Made by a program: the position numbers and the translations under genes. The notes beneath the pieces were generated by a model. That model did no database searches, had not been told where the DNA came from, and saw only the letters and a list, made by a program, of their open reading frames with translations. Positions 59,239 to 64,000 of a stretch of DNA of 64,000 nucleotides are shown here, piece by piece (the first letter of the stretch is position 1; every line of letters begins with the position of its first letter). The stretch is from Candidatus Altimarinota bacterium (GTDB lineage: Bacteria; Patescibacteriota; Gracilibacteria; UBA1369): contig OY782391.1 of the NCBI GenBank assembly GCA_963677745.1, forward strand, positions 896,001 to 960,000. Direction: 5' to 3'.

Positions 59239-60093
59239 TTAGACGGACAACCAATAGAACCAGCCTAAGAATACCAGCACGGCTGCTATTCTGTACCAGG
59301 CAAAAACAGCCAGAGTATGTTTCTTCAGATAATTCATCAGAAAACTGATGGCCAGCCAACCGGCGGCAAAGGAACTGGCAATTCCGATCAGCAGAATGTC
59401 CGTGGAAGGCATGGAATATTCTCCTTTGGCCACTTTCAAAACCGCAAAAGCCGTGGCGGCCACCATGGCGACCGACCCCAGTAAAAACGAGAACCTGGCC
59501 GCCTTTTCCCTCTCAATTCCCAGAAAAAGTCCGGTGGTAATGGTCGCTCCCGACCGTGACACTCCCGGTACCAGGGCCAGCGCCTGTGCCAGACCGATCA
59601 AAAGCCCGTCCAGATGAGAAAAACTCGCCCTGTGGCTCCGGCGTTTTTTATAAAGATATTCGGCCAGTAAAAAGACCAGAGCAATTAGAAAAAGCATCAG
59701 ACAGACAGGCAGGGGAGCCAGAAAATGTTCATCCAGCCAGTCTCCCCACAAAAATCCCACTGCCACCGCCGGGATCGTGCCAATAATCAGGGTGATAATC
59801 AGTTTCTGTTCGGACTGCAGATTTTTGGCCATTTCCAGCCCTTCCACCGGCTTGCGTGAAGGCCTGATCCACAACCACAAAGCCCGCAGCAGCTCCACTA
59901 TGTCCCGGCGGAAATAGATCAGTATGGCCATCAAAGTCCCAAAATGAACGGCAATGTCAAAAGCCTTCAGTGCCACGGCATCGTTTAGTCCCAGCAGTCC
60001 CTGGAAAAGCACCAGATGGCCTGACGAGGAAATGGGTAGAAATTCGGTTATTCCCTGCAGGATACCGAGTAATAAAGCCTGTAGATATGACAT
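59239..60093 (-). CDS. uppP: Undecaprenyl-diphosphatase
   Basis: QGITEFLPISSSGH, PGVSRSG, AARFSFLL. Confidence 0.96.
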   Translation of the reverse strand: MSYLQALLLGILQGITEFLPISSSGHLVLFQGLLGLNDAVALKAFDIAVHFGTLMAILIYFRRDIVELLRALWLWIRPSRKPVEGLEMAKNLQSEQKLIITLIIGTIPAVAVGFLWGDWLDEHFLAPLPVCLMLFLIALVFLLAEYLYKKRRSHRASFSHLDGLLIGLAQALALVPGVSRSGATITTGLFLGIEREKAARFSFLLGSVAMVAATAFAVLKVAKGEYSMPSTDILLIGIASSFAAGWLAISFLMNYLKKHTLAVFAWYRIAAVLVFLGWFYWLSV

Positions 60094-60096
60094 TTT

Positions 60097-60579
60097 TTAT
60101 TTTAAATAAACATAGATTGCGCCGAATCCCCCGTGACGGAGGGCGGCGGTGCAGTATTCCCTGACCAGATGATTCTTCATCATTTGATTGAGTTTTTCAA
60201 CCACAATTGGTCGTAATTTGCTGACGCCGCCCTCGCTGTTTCTGCCGATGCCGGTCACCACAATTACAAAAATATGCCCCATTTCACGGCTTTCCTGAAT
60301 AAACCGGTCCAGCAGGACTTTGGCTTCTTCAGTCGTATGACCATGCAGGTCCAGTGAACTTTCGGGGTTTTCCGGATAGCGTCTGCCGGTTGACTCAAAA
60401 CACTTCCGCCGTTCAGCTTTTTCCTCGGGTTTGAATCCTTTCATTCCCCTTGCTTCAAACATTTCCGCAAAGGTCCGTAAATCCCTTTCTCCGTCCTGTT
60501 CTCCGGATTTTTCTTCTCCAAATTTCCGGTACTGTTCCTCCCAGGTTTTCTCCCGATTGTATCCTCCTGAAAAAGTCAT
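60097..60579 (-). CDS. Stand-alone Smr domain protein
   Basis: LDLHG, VVTGIG, HGGFGAIYVYL. Confidence 0.9.
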   Translation of the reverse strand: MTFSGGYNREKTWEEQYRKFGEEKSGEQDGERDLRTFAEMFEARGMKGFKPEEKAERRKCFESTGRRYPENPESSLDLHGHTTEEAKVLLDRFIQESREMGHIFVIVVTGIGRNSEGGVSKLRPIVVEKLNQMMKNHLVREYCTAALRHGGFGAIYVYLK

Positions 60580-60685
60580 CCGGAAAATTAAGTTAGAATT
60601 CTAAAATGCCATGTAAACACCTAAAAGTCAAGCAAATCACTGTCCAATTTTCTGAAACATCAATAGGCTGGCTTCCACAAGCCAA

Positions 60686-60964
60686 TTATGGATTATCTTC
60701 TCCCCCCTCCGACCAGGGATTACAGCGTATTACCCGCCAGATTGCTTTTGGTATGCCCCGAAACAGACCGTATTTTTTAATTGACTGTTTTCCATACTCC
60801 GAGCAGCTGGGGTGAAATTTGCAATAGCCGTAGGGAAACAGGCCCCTCAGTATTCCATGATCCGGGGAAAGCGTTTTCTGATACAGCCAAATCAGCCCGA
60901 CTAAAGGCAACCTGGGCCAATAGAGAAGTTTAGAAATAATTGCCCGGCGATTTTTTGACTCCAT
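60686..60964 (-). CDS. yidD: Membrane protein insertion efficiency factor YidD
   Basis: YQKTLSP, CKFHPSCSEY, RCNPWSEGG. Confidence 0.93.
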   Translation of the reverse strand: MESKNRRAIISKLLYWPRLPLVGLIWLYQKTLSPDHGILRGLFPYGYCKFHPSCSEYGKQSIKKYGLFRGIPKAIWRVIRCNPWSEGGEDNP

Positions 60965-62156
60965 TTTGTATTACTTCAAAGTGCAGATGGATGCCGGTGC
61001 GCCCGCGTACATTGCCGGTGCGTCCCTGTTTACCGATTACCTGTCCCTGTTTAACCACGTCTCCCACTGACACAGACAGGTATTCCATATGTGCATAAAG
61101 AGTCTTCAGGCCGTTTCCGTGATCGATGATGATATGGTTTCCGTATCCACCTCCATAGGTGCCGCTGGAGGCCTTAATAACGGTTCCGTCCATGGCTGCC
61201 CAGATCGGAGGTTTGCTGGTATCGGAAATATCATAGGCATAATGGCCGGGATGATAACCCTGTGTCAGTTTTCCTCTGGTCGGATAAATCATTGTTTTGC
61301 CGCTGGCCGGAGTAGCACCTGAACTCGAACCTATATCCGAGCCTGCTACCAGTTTTGAGCTGCCCACATTGGCTTTTCCATAGACCAGACGTCCCGCAGA
61401 GGCGACTCTGGTGGCAGTGTCTCTGGCCGGCAAAGGTTTGGCGCCGGGTATAAACAGAGCTTCGCCCTGTTTCAGCGTAGCACCGGCGTCCATTTGGTTC
61501 TGCTTGAGGATGGCCTCTGCTTCTATCCCATAGACGGAAGCGATTTTTTTGATATCCTGACCTTTTTCCACCACGTGGGTTACTCCGTTTACCGGAGGGA
61601 TTACCAGTTTCTGTCCGATCTTCAGGGTCGAGCCGGCATCCAGTCCGTTTTCCCAGAGTACGGTATTGGTCTTCAGTCCATACTCTTCCGCAATCGTGGA
61701 AATTGTTTCACCCGAAGACACTTCATGGATGATACGACCGTTCATGGCAGATCTGTCGGAAAATTCGGTTTGGGGATTGATTTTGGGGATATATCCATCT
61801 TCCGCCGCAACCATCAGTCCGTCCCCATAATACTGCTCTACACCCTCCAGTTCGGGGGCAAAATAAGAATTCTGGGAATAAACGTTCTCAGGGTTGATGG
61901 CGCCGATGGCAAACACGGCCAAAACCGCCAGACTGTAGGACCTGAATAGCTTGCCGGTCGTGGAAAGTGTTGAAACGCGTCTTGCCGGAGCCTTTAATTC
62001 GATCTCTTTGGTTCCGATGAAGTTGAAAGGAGTGAATAGTTTCTCAAAAACTTTGGCACCGGCAAATACCTTTCTGTGCCTGGCCTTCCTGGCTGCCAGA
62101 TTGGGTGAGAGTCCGATACCTGCACTCTCTAATTGTGAATTGTTGGTCGTACTAAT
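60930..62156 (-). CDS. Membrane-anchored 2xLysM + M23 peptidase (start probably ATT)
   Basis: Two LysM domains, HYAYD and HLH M23 motifs. The frame is open to 62192 with no ATG/GTG/TTG upstream of 61922, which lies inside the TM helix. Start coordinate uncertain. Confidence 0.85.
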   Translation of the reverse strand: MSTTNNSQLESAGIGLSPNLAARKARHRKVFAGAKVFEKLFTPFNFIGTKEIELKAPARRVSTLSTTGKLFRSYSLAVLAVFAIGAINPENVYSQNSYFAPELEGVEQYYGDGLMVAAEDGYIPKINPQTEFSDRSAMNGRIIHEVSSGETISTIAEEYGLKTNTVLWENGLDAGSTLKIGQKLVIPPVNGVTHVVEKGQDIKKIASVYGIEAEAILKQNQMDAGATLKQGEALFIPGAKPLPARDTATRVASAGRLVYGKANVGSSKLVAGSDIGSSSGATPASGKTMIYPTRGKLTQGYHPGHYAYDISDTSKPPIWAAMDGTVIKASSGTYGGGYGNHIIIDHGNGLKTLYAHMEYLSVSVGDVVKQGQVIGKQGRTGNVRGRTGIHLHFEVIQNGVKKSPGNYF

Positions 62157-62358
62157 GGTAGTTAATTTAAGATTTATTGTGTTTCCCTGGTCTCAGTTAT
62201 CTGCCGCCTCCCTTATCTTCCGGGAGGTTGGAAACAGCGAGCTTTCCCTTATTTAATGCCCTTTTTGTCTTTGGTTAAGCTATAAAAATCAACACTACAA
62301 CCCCAATCATAACAGAAATCATAAAAAAATCAATAATCTGTCAAGGGGGAAGTCAATC

Positions 62359-62574
62359 CTATCTGATGAATTTCAGTAATCCCATGTGTCTGGCACGCTT
62401 GATTGCCTGTGACAACATCTTCTGATATTTCAAATTGACGCCGCTGTAATAACGGGCCACGATCTTACCATATTTTGAGACGTGTTTCCGCAGCAGATCA
62501 ACATCCTTGTAATCAATGTACTGTACGCCATTGGCTGTGAAAGGACATTTCTTGTTGTACTTGTTTTTTGCCAT
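62359..62574 (-). CDS. rpsR: 30S ribosomal protein S18
   Basis: IDYKDV..L, GKI, AIKRAR..GLL. Confidence 0.96.
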   Translation of the reverse strand: MAKNKYNKKCPFTANGVQYIDYKDVDLLRKHVSKYGKIVARYYSGVNLKYQKMLSQAIKRARHMGLLKFIR

Positions 62575-62608
62575 GATAAAAAAAGATAATTTATAAATTT
62601 ACACCCTT

Positions 62609-62977
62609 TCAGGCCTGTTCCTTTGGTTTCAGTTCTTCCTGATGGGTGGCCTTGATTTCCTCCAGTGATTTCGGTTCGTACTTGATCGGCAAACGGACAA
62701 TCAAATGTCTGATTACTTCCGTATCCAACCGCAGACCTGTTTCCAGTTCCTTCAGCTTGTCGGGTTCGAAACTGAAATCGAAAACCGCGTAATATCCCTT
62801 GGAATGGCCTTTCATCTTGTAGGCCAGGTCCCTTTCCCCCCACAGGTCCTCGAAGAAAATCTTTCCGGATTTGGAAAGGTTCTTGCGTATTGATTCCAGG
62901 CGTTTTTCCACACCCGCCTGTCCAATCCCCATGTCGATGATCACCATCAACTCGTACTTGTTGTCTGTATCAGCCAT
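62609..62977 (-). CDS. rpsF: 30S ribosomal protein S6
   Basis: YELMVI, WGERDLAY, GYY, VIRHLIVR; start MADTD at 62977. Confidence 0.95.
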   Translation of the reverse strand: MADTDNKYELMVIIDMGIGQAGVEKRLESIRKNLSKSGKIFFEDLWGERDLAYKMKGHSKGYYAVFDFSFEPDKLKELETGLRLDTEVIRHLIVRLPIKYEPKSLEEIKATHQEELKPKEQA

Positions 62978-63013
62978 CTTTGTTTGGTTAAGTAATAAAT
63001 TAGCTTTAAGGCA

Positions 63014-63075
63014 GCTTCCCGGAAGGTACAAACCGGCCGGTACTGGCCAAAAAGCACAAAGAAGCGTTGGGAGTC
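63014..63075 (-). promoter_or_regulatory. Candidate S6:S18 autoregulatory leader
   Basis: Minus strand ACTCC...GCTTC...GGCC-AGTACC-GGCC...CCG-GGAAGC stem with a CCG next to the 3' strand, directly upstream of rpsF. Confidence 0.4.
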
Positions 63076-63227
63076 TAGCAAATGACTTGGCAGAAAGCAA
63101 GTGGCCTGAAAGTATACGACACAACGAGTGCAAAAAAGGTCAAGGATATATTGAGCGGAGAGTGGCTTCCCGCCTTCGAAAAACGGCCTTTTTATGCTAA
63201 AATAAAAGGATTAATTAACGCCAAGCC

Positions 63228-63800
63228 ATGAAAAAAATTCCTACAGAAGACTTCCTGGGCAAAAAAGCTCCGGCCTATCATCCCTCCGTTTTCGAAAATA
63301 ATCTGGACGAATCCCATCCCTATCCCGATTTTGATAAAGCCGTCTTTTCCTGGATCGCACCGGAATATCTGCAGCATCCCAAAACCGTCCGCTGGTGGGT
63401 GATCGCGGCAATAGTGCTTCTGGTTGCAATCATCATTGAGGCCGTGGTCAGCAACTGGACCATGCTGGCGGCCACGGTTACTTTCGCGGCGGTTTATGTC
63501 TTCATGCACGAATTCCGTCCACCCAAACACACCAAGATCAATATTTCCGAACTGGGTATCAAGATGGGACACAGAAAAATCCCCTATGCGAAAATTGAAT
63601 TTTTCTGGATTATTTACAATCCTCCGCATGTCAAAAGGCTTTGTCTGCGGCTCAAGGACCATTTTATTTCCGATCTGGTGATCGAACTGGAAGATCAGGA
63701 CCCCCTGGCAATCAGGGATTATCTGGAAACGCAACTGGTTGAACTGGTGAACGTGCATGAGGGGTTTACCGATGTTTTACTTCGTCTTTTAAAACTCTAG
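63228..63800 (+). CDS. Conserved CPR-type membrane protein
   Basis: FSW.APEY..HPK...WW, two TMs, I..FWI motif. Confidence 0.8.
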   Translation: MKKIPTEDFLGKKAPAYHPSVFENNLDESHPYPDFDKAVFSWIAPEYLQHPKTVRWWVIAAIVLLVAIIIEAVVSNWTMLAATVTFAAVYVFMHEFRPPKHTKINISELGIKMGHRKIPYAKIEFFWIIYNPPHVKRLCLRLKDHFISDLVIELEDQDPLAIRDYLETQLVELVNVHEGFTDVLLRLLKL

Positions 63801-63801
63801 G

Positions 63802-64000
63802 ATGTTTGATCCGACTTCACAACCAGGTGAACAGCCGCAAGTGCCGGAAACGACGCCAGCCCCGGTAGAATCGGGAACGGCGGCGCCGGCAGGCAAAGCT
63901 GCCGAAAAACCGGAGGAATTTGATAAACGTATCGCCAAACTCAGCGAAAAGTACGAGAAATTCGGAGAAGATAAGCTGAAAGAAATGAGGCTCCGCTATT
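63802..64000 (+). CDS. Hypothetical protein, partial
   Basis: MFDPTSQPGEQPQVPE... open to the window end. Confidence 0.6.
   Translation, partial: MFDPTSQPGEQPQVPETTPAPVESGTAAPAGKAAEKPEEFDKRIAKLSEKYEKFGEDKLKEMRLRY

Overview
Bacterial chromosomal window that reads as a Patescibacteria (CPR) genome, most likely Peregrinibacteria-like. This is inferred from gene content, mostly SD-less A/T-rich leaders and TGA used as a stop codon. Housekeeping content: ECF sigma, class II dnaJ with a CIRCE box, 4 tRNAs, pbpC, eno, nnrD, pgeF, miaB, mutS/mutL, lexA, ftsW/murG, lspA, prs, uppP, rpsF/rpsR. The centre is a cell-surface locus: a ~430-nt highly structured leader RNA, a large SLH S-layer gene, two GC-rich paralogous cassettes encoding Gly-rich Cys-containing putative lipoproteins, and a Wzm/Wzt/WsaE-like/O-OTase glycosylation cluster. 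The most unusual signal is in the two cassettes. Each ORF is enclosed by covarying 5'UTR-3'UTR complementarity and is followed by the same covarying ~140-nt structured RNA. Other candidates are a leader-peptide attenuator upstream of an MFS pump, a short palindromic repeat family with one copy in-frame in pbpC, a palindromic operator in the lexA promoter, a TGACTAGTCA-type motif tied to an HTH gene, an anti-sigma-like N-terminus on an Ig-repeat (alpha-2-macroglobulin-like) protein, and a probable ATT start codon. All structure and family calls were made by eye, with no database searches or folding software.
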